From IMG/VR virus record IMGVR_UViG_3300009376_000011, positions 3,433 to 67,432 of that record: 64,000 nt of DNA; one strand, 5' to 3'. Below, in pieces: positions 8,787 to 17,057 of the stretch. The notes under the pieces were generated by a model, which worked only from the letters and a program-made list of their open reading frames with translations, was not told the origin of the DNA and did no database searches. Source of the DNA: a virus. Position numbers and translations under genes: made by a program. Position 1 is the first letter of the stretch. Each line of letters starts with the position of its first letter.

Positions 8787-9937
8787 AAAAGATCATCTAC
8801 CTTATCTAAGTCGTCGGCTTCCTGTAAGGCAGCGACGCGCATCCTGTGGGCTTTCGTTTTCGGACCGACCGGTGATGGGGCTGTATGGCGAAATTCATTT
8901 AGCAGCAGTATCCGAATCAAGTGATCAATCGGATAGCCATAGGGATCGTTATTACGCTTTTTGCGAAATTCTGCTACGAATTTCATAGCGTCTTGGTGTT
9001 TTCCCGGTGAAAGCATGTTCTCGTTGATGCAACGACGAACGCCGTCCCAACTTTCCTGAGCGTAAGAAGCAATCAGGGATTCGATATTGAAATCCTTCCA
9101 CAGCCGACGCTGGGCATCTATGTGTGGAAATGCCGTCACTAGAGCGTCATAAAACTCTGGCTCCGTTGTAACTACATCATTGAGCCTGCGAGCAGCAACA
9201 GAGTGTAACGGAATTCCCACCCGTGTGTTTGCTCCCGACATTGCTGCGTAGTCGTAATACTCGCAATAGGGGAAGTTGTTGTCCACGGATACATACTTGA
9301 GAACATCGTCTGTAATCCAATCGTAAATAGGTTTGATGAGTCGCAACGGAATGGCCTTGCTCAGCCGGTATGGACGATTGATGTAGTTCTCATGGAGTTT
9401 TTGGACAACGGACCGATATCGAATCATGGATTCGTTTGCCCGAATACCCGTGAGGAAGGCGGTTCGACCTTCCTTCCCTTGCATCGTGTAATAATCAACA
9501 GGCTGCGGAACCACCACGCTATTATCTAGTCCGAAATCTTGGGCGGTGATAGCCCACGGGGGTATCTCCCGAACCAAGCGTCCTTCTTCTTGTCGCTGTT
9601 TTGACCAGAGCAGAACGTACTCTCTGCGACCAAGCACCCAAATTTCCTGCCCCATCGGCAGGCAGTACCACTCCATGTCAACCCACGGAAGATCTTTGAC
9701 CCATTCCATGTAACGGATAACGGCAGGACTGACCATTTCTTCATCACGGAAGATGGTCTTGACGGGTCCAAGTCCTCGTTCTTCATGGATTTCTTTCGCA
9801 AGAAGTAGGACGGCAGAAGAATCTTTGCCTCCGCTGAACTGGACACAAACCGTGTCGAAAGTATCGTAAACGTGTCGGAGCCGTTCACGGGCTGCTTCGA
9901 CTACGTTCATATCTAGGAATAGACGCTTACGCGGCAT
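8783..9937 (-). CDS. PAPS-reductase-family PP-loop protein (IbrA-like)
   Basis: FSGGKDS, GIRANES, PIYDW motifs; translationally coupled to the ParB-like gene. Confidence 0.88.
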   Translation of the reverse strand: MPRKRLFLDMNVVEAARERLRHVYDTFDTVCVQFSGGKDSSAVLLLAKEIHEERGLGPVKTIFRDEEMVSPAVIRYMEWVKDLPWVDMEWYCLPMGQEIWVLGRREYVLLWSKQRQEEGRLVREIPPWAITAQDFGLDNSVVVPQPVDYYTMQGKEGRTAFLTGIRANESMIRYRSVVQKLHENYINRPYRLSKAIPLRLIKPIYDWITDDVLKYVSVDNNFPYCEYYDYAAMSGANTRVGIPLHSVAARRLNDVVTTEPEFYDALVTAFPHIDAQRRLWKDFNIESLIASYAQESWDGVRRCINENMLSPGKHQDAMKFVAEFRKKRNNDPYGYPIDHLIRILLLNEFRHTAPSPVGPKTKAHRMRVAALQEADDLDKVDDLL

Positions 9938-10082
9938 AGGATTACTCTAGTTGTAACGCGGGACGGGAGGAGGGATGGTCCTCATGCCAACCTCCGGCCC
10001 CGCGCCACAACCGATAAGCATCCCCCGGCAGGGGGGCTTAGCATACCACAACCGCAAATACTGCTTACTGCAACTAATAGTG

Positions 10083-10799
10083 TTAGGCGCGTGCGGCTTC
10101 AATGGCCTCTATTAGTTCTGCTTTTCGCAAATTCCGATATGCAACACCTGCTTCGGAAGCGATTTCTTTGAGTTCTGCCACGGTCAGTGAATCCAAATCT
10201 TCTGTTGGGGTTTCTACCGCTGCCTCTTCTTCATCTTCGTAGACCCTTGTGTCTTCTCCGCCGACGCCCAACAGTTTAGGAGTTTTAAAGTCCTGCAAAC
10301 CTTTGTTCAGGTTTGTCCAGTTGATTTTGCCCGGAGATGTCCGCCCACTCGGCATGGAGGACCAAAGTAGAATCCCTTCAAAGGTAGTAAAAGTTTGTGT
10401 TCCCATTTCCCCACCTTCGTAGGTGATGGCGGGGACGGCCTCTGTGTCACACAGAAGTCTTAAAAGACGACCAGCAGATTCTTCTTGCTCCGCTGTCAGG
10501 CTCACGTTTTCCTCTTTGACAATGGCGACAAAAATGCAACGAGATGACCATTGTGGTTGAGTGGGATGAAAATCGCCTATAACCCCATAATCCGTATTGA
10601 GGATCTTATGGATCTTCAACTCATCTGGATCAATCACATAGTGGGGGCGATGAGATCTAGAATCTCGCCCATAGGACCAAAGCGCTTGTTCTCCGGTCGG
10701 TGTACCTGTGGCCTCTAGGATCAACTTGGGGTTGATGAAGGGAAGTTCTGGTCCGCGCTTGTACGAATCGGACAATATTTCTGTAAGGACTTCTATCAT
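10083..10799 (-). CDS. Degenerate amidase-like domain plus C-terminal SAP/Rho-N-like domain
   Basis: PHYVID, TAEQ..S...L...LC, PG.INW layout; C-terminal DLDSLTVAELKEIA...LRKAELIEAI. Confidence 0.55.
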   Translation of the reverse strand: MIEVLTEILSDSYKRGPELPFINPKLILEATGTPTGEQALWSYGRDSRSHRPHYVIDPDELKIHKILNTDYGVIGDFHPTQPQWSSRCIFVAIVKEENVSLTAEQEESAGRLLRLLCDTEAVPAITYEGGEMGTQTFTTFEGILLWSSMPSGRTSPGKINWTNLNKGLQDFKTPKLLGVGGEDTRVYEDEEEAAVETPTEDLDSLTVAELKEIASEAGVAYRNLRKAELIEAIEAARA

Positions 10800-10852
10800 G
10801 TTGACCTCTGAAACTAGGCGCTAATATTCAGAGTTTACACCAACTATGTGTG

Positions 10853-11305
10853 TCAGAAGTCTAGTTCCTCATCGAACGGATCCTGCGAAGCGGCAGGCTT
10901 GGCCGCAACCGCTGCTGGCTGGGCGGCGTCGTCGCGCTTTTCGCGCTTCACCCGAACGAGGCTTTCGATGTCCTCAACGGGAATCGAAATATCGTTGGCA
11001 ACGACCTGAGTAGCGTAACGCTTCTCGCCTGTATTCTTATCTTCCCAACTGCGCTCTTCTAAGTAACCAGTAACGATGATCCGCTGGCCCTTCTGAACGA
11101 TTCCTGCTGCCGCTTCAGCCAAGTCGCCCCAGACCTGAACGTTAAAGAATGAGGTGTTGGTCTTTTCCCAAGAATCACCCTGCTTGCGCCAGCGTTCGGT
11201 CGCCAGTCGCAACTTCAACATGCCGTTGCCGTTGCTGCTGTACTTGAGTTCAACGTCGATGACGTTATTACCCTTGACGGTTACTTCTGTTCCTGAACGA
11301 GCCAC
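10853..11305 (-). CDS. ssb: Single-stranded DNA-binding protein
   Basis: OB-fold motifs FFNVQVWGDLAE, KGQRIIVTGYLEERSWE; acidic tail DPFDEELDF. Confidence 0.93.
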   Translation of the reverse strand: MARSGTEVTVKGNNVIDVELKYSSNGNGMLKLRLATERWRKQGDSWEKTNTSFFNVQVWGDLAEAAAGIVQKGQRIIVTGYLEERSWEDKNTGEKRYATQVVANDISIPVEDIESLVRVKREKRDDAAQPAAVAAKPAASQDPFDEELDF

Positions 11306-11347
11306 GGTTCTCTCCTAATACAAAATGGTTGATTGCCCGAAGCCCGT

Positions 11348-11376
11348 AGTGTAGCGTGGTGGGCACGCCACCGCAA
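11348..11376 (-). promoter_or_regulatory. sigmaA-type promoter of ssb
   Basis: TTGCGG-17-TACACT. Confidence 0.6.
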
Positions 11377-11389
11377 GGGGAGGAGTACC

Positions 11390-11617
11390 GTGAGTAATTC
11401 AGATTCCATTCTGACTATTCGGGAACATCTGATTCAGGTCTGTATGGATTTAGTCGAAATTGGTGAAGAAGACGAGGCTGAGGTTCAAGAAGATTTTGAA
11501 CAGATGGTCGATCTGATTCTTGAGTCCTTGGATTTGAAGATCACAGAAACCAAAGAGTCAGAGGACTCCACGATTTTCAACTGCACTATTCAGTTGATGT
11601 CGAACCTTCAGGACTGA
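11390..11617 (+). CDS. Small acidic hypothetical protein
   Basis: GTG start with SD GGAGGAG; 75 aa; lone plus-strand gene in a minus-strand block. Confidence 0.65.
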   Translation: MSNSDSILTIREHLIQVCMDLVEIGEEDEAEVQEDFEQMVDLILESLDLKITETKESEDSTIFNCTIQLMSNLQD

Positions 11618-12332
11618 TGTGACGATTTAAAAAGGCTGTCACTTGCTCTGAGGTTGTGGCTAAACCTGCATAGGCTGGGTTTGCCTTCAAATATCTTAGG
11701 AACGAATACCACACCGCCTGCTGTTCAGCGTCGTTGAATACCAAAGTGTATTGAACCACTGTTTTGGCCCCAGCAGAACCGGTGGCTGTAGCGCCTTGGG
11801 TCACTAAAGACCTCATCGTCTCTTCGTCTGCTTCCGTTGGAGGCGGAGCGATCAGGGTCGGAGCGGTCCATCCGTCGTTGGATTCCACGGCAGATTCTGC
11901 TCCAGCAGCCGGGGTTGAAATGGTGGCAATCTCAAAATCATCCCAGCCAAGTTCCTCAAAGAAATCCGGCATGTCTTCCACCACCGAAATCAGCATGTCG
12001 TGGAGAAGTTCCTGATTATCTTCTCCCAACTCTGAGGTTCGGTTGTCGGCCAAGGCAAACGCTATGGCCTTGTCGTGGTCGAACGGAACGTACAGCACCG
12101 CCATGTGGGTCCACCCCAATTGCTTGGCTGCCGCCAATTGGTGATTCCCGGCAATGACGGTGCCCGTGCCGTCCTCGTTATCCACGGCCACGATGGGTTT
12201 GACTTGTCCGAACTTTTTATACGAAGCCGCAATAGAAGAAATGTTTCCTTTGCGTGGGTTGTTGGGAAGCGTTTGTAATTGTTCTATCGGAACAAGAAGA
12301 TTTTCCAAGTCTGGACTTACGCCATGGTTCAT
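11586..12332 (-). CDS. ParB N-terminal-domain protein
   Basis: NNPRKG...KFGQVKPIV...VIAGNHQLAAAKQLG...ALADNR. Confidence 0.85.
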   Translation of the reverse strand: MNHGVSPDLENLLVPIEQLQTLPNNPRKGNISSIAASYKKFGQVKPIVAVDNEDGTGTVIAGNHQLAAAKQLGWTHMAVLYVPFDHDKAIAFALADNRTSELGEDNQELLHDMLISVVEDMPDFFEELGWDDFEIATISTPAAGAESAVESNDGWTAPTLIAPPPTEADEETMRSLVTQGATATGSAGAKTVVQYTLVFNDAEQQAVWYSFLRYLKANPAYAGLATTSEQVTAFLNRHISPEGSTSTE

Positions 12333-12664
12333 GTTTGCGCCCTCACGTTTGCCGCAAGCGTCCTGAGAGAATCAAGCGCTGTGCGAATAGAGTTTAGTTT
12401 CTCCTTCTTGGCTTTGAGGAGAGCATCTGCCACCTTGACTTCATAGTTCTCATCGGAGAGTTTGTAATCGGCCCATGACTCACGCTCCTTGATGGAGCCG
12501 TTTGCGGCGAGATATTCCTTAGCCCAAGAAGACTTGTAGCGAGCATCTTTTTTGGAGTGATCCACAGCAAGAACTTCAAAGGCTTCGGTGTGTTCCTCTA
12601 AGTCTTCAACCAGCCTGATGATGTTGTCTTCAACGTCGGCTAGGGCTATGGGGGATGTTCTCAC
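12329..12664 (-). CDS. Coiled-coil hypothetical protein (weakly UvsY-like)
   Basis: GTG start overlapping the upstream stop; helical, ends LDSLRTLAANVR. Confidence 0.6.
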   Translation of the reverse strand: MRTSPIALADVEDNIIRLVEDLEEHTEAFEVLAVDHSKKDARYKSSWAKEYLAANGSIKERESWADYKLSDENYEVKVADALLKAKKEKLNSIRTALDSLRTLAANVRAQT

Positions 12665-13020
12665 AGCAGTCCTTCTTCTTTCGCTATGGCATTCAAGCGT
12701 TTCGCTTCTTCTTCCCAATCAAACTTATCTATTGAGTTTCGTTTGAGAATAAGTTCGTCAAACATGTCGTCACCGATCTTGTCGATTGTGAAGATCCCAA
12801 ACTCCACGGGGTTGTCGGTGAAGAACCGATGGCATGAGGCGCACAAACAGAACGCATTATCCAAGTCCGTTCGGGTCCATGAATATTTTCTAGAGATAAT
12901 ATGAGCGCACTGTAGAACATGCTTAGATCCACACTTCTCACATCTCCCACGGGATCTGACAATCAGGGCGTGCAGTTTGGTCGCCTTGCCCTTTGCCCCC
13001 TTGCCATAGATGTTGCTCAT
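12661..13020 (-). CDS. NinG/Rap-like HNH-type nuclease
   Basis: CEKCG...LQCAHIISR...NAFCLCASCH. Confidence 0.8.
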   Translation of the reverse strand: MSNIYGKGAKGKATKLHALIVRSRGRCEKCGSKHVLQCAHIISRKYSWTRTDLDNAFCLCASCHRFFTDNPVEFGIFTIDKIGDDMFDELILKRNSIDKFDWEEEAKRLNAIAKEEGLL

Positions 13021-14136
13021 TCATCGCACGCTTTCTAAGATCTTCTGCAATCTTAGTGCGCCGTACCTCGCGTCTAGGGCTTCTAATGCTTTCAGATTCT
13101 TTTCAGATTCTTCGTTTCTGATTTCAGGATCAGAAAGGGCTTCAAAGTGTTTGACCCAATCTCTGAATCTCTTGGCTGTCCTGCCAACCCCGTATTCTTC
13201 TTTGAACCGAATATATTCAGGAGACTTGGACATAACAAAAGGAATGCCAGCCGCAGCGTATTCAAGTGGTTTGATCCACGATTTAGCATGGTTGAAAGGT
13301 ATGTCATTGAGGGGAGCAATACCTATATCAAATGGAAGCATCTTGCCGATGATGGTCGGTGACACCATGGGATACAAACTGACCCGATCTTGCGTTATTC
13401 CAGTCTCTTCCCAAAATGTGGGATGACCTCCGTAGTGTCCCGTATGGTGGAAAGAAAATCGGTCTTCAGGCAATTGTGGAAAAACTTGTTTAACTTCTTC
13501 CAAATCTCCACTTCTGTGTCCTGTGGAGCCGTGCCATCCGATAATAGTTTTTCCATCGTCGTTATGTTGTCGTGGCTTGAAGGCACTAAAATCAACATGA
13601 TTTTCTAACATTTGTACGTTCGACACTCTTAGTTTATCTTTTGCTCGTTCATATAGAAATGGTGTAGAAATAATTACCAAGTCTGATGCTGCAAGAACAT
13701 TTCCATAAATGGCTGTATTTTGTTCTTTATTGTTTTTAGGGTCAATTTTTGTTTTAGCCTGATGACGTTCATGAAGACCCCAATACCAGTCATCTAAATC
13801 GTTTACAATAGTTTGACCGTTTTGTTGTGCTATCTTAATATTTTCTGGAATGCCTTTTACCATCCAGCGTTGCATATAAATAACGTTGCAATCAAAATGA
13901 TGATTGTTGTTCCAATCTGTTACGCCAAAGATTCCCAAATCGTTATTGAATACAAGCACACCAATAACGTGGGGCATCGTCAGGTATTTTGTATATTGGC
14001 CGAAGCGGATCCAACCCGATCCCCCCATACAGGGAGAGCCGTCTGGTTCGTTGATCGAACCAGACCAGTCGCCAGAAGCAAACCCGACTTTTAGTTCCAC
14101 TGACTCAACTGTTTTTCTAGGTCCACGAAACTCCAC
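13021..14136 (-). CDS. Glycosyltransferase (GT-B fold, GT4-like)
   Basis: DLDDWYW, IGWHGSTGH, DIGIAPL...FNHAKSWIKPLEYAAAGIPFV. Start uncertain. Confidence 0.85.
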   Translation of the reverse strand: MEFRGPRKTVESVELKVGFASGDWSGSINEPDGSPCMGGSGWIRFGQYTKYLTMPHVIGVLVFNNDLGIFGVTDWNNNHHFDCNVIYMQRWMVKGIPENIKIAQQNGQTIVNDLDDWYWGLHERHQAKTKIDPKNNKEQNTAIYGNVLAASDLVIISTPFLYERAKDKLRVSNVQMLENHVDFSAFKPRQHNDDGKTIIGWHGSTGHRSGDLEEVKQVFPQLPEDRFSFHHTGHYGGHPTFWEETGITQDRVSLYPMVSPTIIGKMLPFDIGIAPLNDIPFNHAKSWIKPLEYAAAGIPFVMSKSPEYIRFKEEYGVGRTAKRFRDWVKHFEALSDPEIRNEESEKNLKALEALDARYGALRLQKILESVR

Positions 14137-14585
14137 ACGCCGTCAATGGAATTCCACAACGCATGATCTATGGGTGTTGGCTCAAAGTCGTACTGCTGCA
14201 TAACAGAGCGATGTTCTAGAATGGCGTTTCGATAGAAACTGGCAAGGCGTAGGTCTTCTTCTTGACCGCTTTCACCCAAGGCGATCATTCTCTCTGCCTC
14301 AGAAAGTTTCTGAGTGACATAGAAACGAAATCTACCAATCTTGGTTTTCTTCTCGTCCGTTTCTATTCTATATGAGGAAACCAAAGAGGTTGGAAGTTTC
14401 TCCGTAACCACGGCCTCGTCTTGACCCAGTCCAGAAATCTGTTCGTCAAGGTTTTCCAATAACCTAAGAAGGGACTTCTTCCATCTTTCTAGATTTTCGT
14501 TAAGACGAAGATAGTCTTGCTTCTCAGAGGATAATACGTTTTTGACATCTTCTGAGACGATGCGGTCGAATTCTTGTTGATCCAT
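14091..14585 (-). CDS. Hypothetical coiled-coil protein
   Basis: 164-aa ORF in the operon. Confidence 0.7.
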   Translation of the reverse strand: MDQQEFDRIVSEDVKNVLSSEKQDYLRLNENLERWKKSLLRLLENLDEQISGLGQDEAVVTEKLPTSLVSSYRIETDEKKTKIGRFRFYVTQKLSEAERMIALGESGQEEDLRLASFYRNAILEHRSVMQQYDFEPTPIDHALWNSIDGVWSFVDLEKQLSQWN

Positions 14586-14597
14586 TAGTTTTATTCC

Positions 14598-15356
14598 TTA
14601 GTTCCATGCTGGACAAATATTTTTATAGGCGCACCAATTGCACAGTGGGCCTGTCTGCGTAGAAAAATGGCCGCTTTCACATCCGGCCATGACTCCCTCC
14701 CAAGTTTGATCAATTAGTTTTAAAACCGTCTTTCGTCGCTTGGGTGTAGGGGCATACCTTTTTCTTTCTTTGAATTTCACATACATTATTTCAGCGTTAT
14801 TAACTTCTAAATCATTCAAACGTTCAAGCATCTCTACATAAAGAACAATTTGAAAGATCTTATCACCCTCGTATTGAGGCTTAGAAACTTTTCCGCTTTT
14901 ATAGTCCGTAACAGTTAATGATCCGTCCTCTTCCTCAGTCCAACGATCAATGAACCCCAAGAGAGGAACATCGTTGATGGAAGCAGAGAACTTGTCCTCT
15001 ATCCCACGGATCTTGACATCTGGCGGGTTCTCCATGCCGAAAACGTTTTCGACACACCACCATGCCTGCCAGCGGAAGTCATTTAGGTTCTTGATCCGAA
15101 CCGTACTGGTTTCTTCTATGAACTTATTTTCCCATAGTTCCCGAGCGATCCGCCTTGCCTCCGAAACTGTTCGATCTTCTGGATCCAGCGCATAGAACCC
15201 TTCCAGAATTTCGTGAACGAACGTTCCCAAAATCATTGCCTCTGAGGTGGGTTCCGGTATTCGATCTATGCGAGAAAATCTGAACCGAAGAGGGCATTGC
15301 TCGTAGGTTGTAATGCTGGAGGCCGATAAGTGGGTGGGCAGCGGCAATTGTGTCAT
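14598..15356 (-). CDS. RecB/AddB-like PD-(D/E)XK exonuclease with Fe-S cysteines
   Basis: LSASSI...CP...GTFVHEILE...GFIDR...TDYKSG...Q..LY...CNWCAYKNICP. Confidence 0.9.
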   Translation of the reverse strand: MTQLPLPTHLSASSITTYEQCPLRFRFSRIDRIPEPTSEAMILGTFVHEILEGFYALDPEDRTVSEARRIARELWENKFIEETSTVRIKNLNDFRWQAWWCVENVFGMENPPDVKIRGIEDKFSASINDVPLLGFIDRWTEEEDGSLTVTDYKSGKVSKPQYEGDKIFQIVLYVEMLERLNDLEVNNAEIMYVKFKERKRYAPTPKRRKTVLKLIDQTWEGVMAGCESGHFSTQTGPLCNWCAYKNICPAWN

Positions 15357-15469
15357 TGCTCACGCTTCCGTTTCTCCTCCTTTTCTGACAGGTATTTCTC
15401 ATATTCCTTTTGCCGCTCGTCCATGATCTGCTTGTGCGTAAAGGTGTCAGGTTGATGATCAATGCCCAT
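15353..15469 (-). CDS. 38-aa charged peptide
   Basis: TGATG / ATGA coupling to both neighbours; MGIDHQPDTF... Confidence 0.5.
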   Translation of the reverse strand: MGIDHQPDTFTHKQIMDERQKEYEKYLSEKEEKRKREQ

Positions 15470-16113
15470 CAGTAGGTTTCCTCCTCTTCTACATATTCGG
15501 CATCCAACGACAGTCGAATGACCTCTACTTGACATTTGGCGAACAGGTCGGAATCCATGTGTCGGTTGGGCTTACTCTCACCCGGAACGTTCTCAGCGAA
15601 CCATGTACGGAATAGGTTTTTCTTGGCGTCGTCCAAAGATCGGAAATTTTCAGCAAAAACCTGCCAATGATCTCCCTCTATTGGATAAGACTCTTCCAAC
15701 TCCAACGTCAAGGCTTCTTCGCTTCGTGCCAGATGCAAGGCAATGCCAAGACCTTGACACGCCTTCTTGAAGGCATCGCTGGTTGCAATCTTGAAATCGT
15801 TTCCAAGATCCATCACCCCGCCGCCCTTGAGCATCTTGATTTTGGTTCCGCCATATGCTTCCTTAACGGCAGTTACTCCATCGACAGAAGCGACAACCCG
15901 AACATGAGAAATCACATGCTCTTTGTATTCGGGCTGGACATGGCACTTAAGAACTTCGTAGTTCCATCCGCCCGTACCAAGCACCTTGTTCAACCGGGCG
16001 ATGTATTCCGCCACGGCGACGTAGTCAAAGTTGCGCCCCCCAAGAGAGCGCTGATAAATAAGTGTCTCGTCAAACGGTTCTGCTAGTTGATCGGCTTGCG
16101 ACTTCTCAGCCAT
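15469..16113 (-). CDS. Rad52/Rad22-family (Sak) single-strand annealing protein
   Basis: FDYV...IARLNKVLG...W...KIATSDAFKKACQGLGIALHL. Confidence 0.88.
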   Translation of the reverse strand: MAEKSQADQLAEPFDETLIYQRSLGGRNFDYVAVAEYIARLNKVLGTGGWNYEVLKCHVQPEYKEHVISHVRVVASVDGVTAVKEAYGGTKIKMLKGGGVMDLGNDFKIATSDAFKKACQGLGIALHLARSEEALTLELEESYPIEGDHWQVFAENFRSLDDAKKNLFRTWFAENVPGESKPNRHMDSDLFAKCQVEVIRLSLDAEYVEEEETY

Positions 16114-16600
16114 TCTCATTACTCCTATAGATAAGGTTCGTATTCGGTTCTCCGACATCGCAATACTCGTCGGCATCAATTCCTAAATCACGCAAAGCCT
16201 GCACCCTCCAATAAGAGACGGCTCCGTATTGCAGCAACTCCTTGATCATCTGTCGGGGAGTTTTGGTTATCTCTCCAGTGTCCATGTCGATAGCGGTGTC
16301 AGAAATTCGTTGAGCGACCAGTTCCGCCAATTTGTCATGGTCCCACTTTTTGCGCGGCGCACCAGTTTTGGTTTCCATGTTGAACTGTTGAGCGTGAAAC
16401 GGGCTTCGATCCCAATCGGAATCCAACAGGATTGTCTTGGCCTCTTCCTGCAAAGAAGCGATAATTTTTTTTGCCTCAGACAGTATGAACCCCAAATGCA
16501 TCAAACGGTAAATTCGTTCCGGGTCTTCAGTCGTCTTCTCCAAGTGGACAGAGTCGTCCAACTTGTTTAGCATTTCCGAAAGTTCCTCTTGGATCCCCAC
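16106..16600 (-). CDS. Hypothetical protein of the recombination operon
   Basis: GTG start with SD AGGAGAGG; RKKWDH...WRVQALRDLGIDADEYC. Confidence 0.7.
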   Translation of the reverse strand: MGIQEELSEMLNKLDDSVHLEKTTEDPERIYRLMHLGFILSEAKKIIASLQEEAKTILLDSDWDRSPFHAQQFNMETKTGAPRKKWDHDKLAELVAQRISDTAIDMDTGEITKTPRQMIKELLQYGAVSYWRVQALRDLGIDADEYCDVGEPNTNLIYRSNENG

Positions 16601-16629
16601 GGGTTCCTCTCCTAGTAGTAGTTGAAAAC

Positions 16630-16658
16630 AAGATAGCACAGTGGTGAGACAAGCGCAA
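16630..16658 (-). promoter_or_regulatory. sigmaA-type promoter of the recombination operon
   Basis: TTGCGC-17-TATCTT. Confidence 0.65.
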
Positions 16659-16736
16659 CCGGCGGGTGGGCGAACGATTTTTCGCGTTTTTACTAATGTA
16701 CCTTTTAAGTAGTAATACTTAACAAGTAAGAGAATC

Positions 16737-17020
16737 GTTACTCTGGGAGCAGGAGGGCGAGAGTTCTTGGCCCTCCAAGCGGAGAGCCAAGATTTACTCC
16801 GGTCACAGTCGGACTGTCGTAAATGGCACCTTGCGCTTTGAACAGAAGCGGTCGGTCAGCGGGCATCCGCACTTCATCCGATTTCGTTCTGGTACTGGTG
16901 CTGACTGCTGCCGAGTTCCACCATGAAGTGTAGGTCAGTGCGCCCTACCACTGGGCGTGAAAATTCCAAGCCCCTCTAACGGGCGAACGACGCTGGTCAG
17001 GCGACGCCGGGGAACCGGAA
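16737..17020 (-). ncRNA. Putative structured non-coding RNA (or origin-priming transcript)
   Basis: No credible ORF; lies downstream of TTGACA-17-TATGTT; several helices including a 12-bp hairpin (16765-16792) whose G-U pair works only on the minus strand. Confidence 0.5.
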
Positions 17021-17025
17021 GGCAG

Positions 17026-17054
17026 AACATATCCCCGTCGCTGGAAGATGTCAA
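17026..17054 (-). promoter_or_regulatory. Near-consensus sigmaA promoter
   Basis: TTGACA(17054-17049)-17-TATGTT(17031-17026). Confidence 0.7.
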
Positions 17055-17057
17055 GCC

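Noticed and set aside
8783-9937. cysH auxiliary metabolic gene for sulfate assimilation
   Set aside because: Length, motifs and coupling to a ParB-like gene match the IbrA-like subfamily rather than CysH.
14598-15356. Cas4-like nuclease suggesting CRISPR
   Set aside because: No repeat-spacer array or other cas genes were seen; its position near Rad52/Sak fits a recombination exonuclease.
16905-16925. TCCACCA resembling a tRNA/tmRNA 3' end
   Set aside because: No T-loop (TTCG/TTCA) stem or matching acceptor 5' strand, and the promoter is on the opposite strand.
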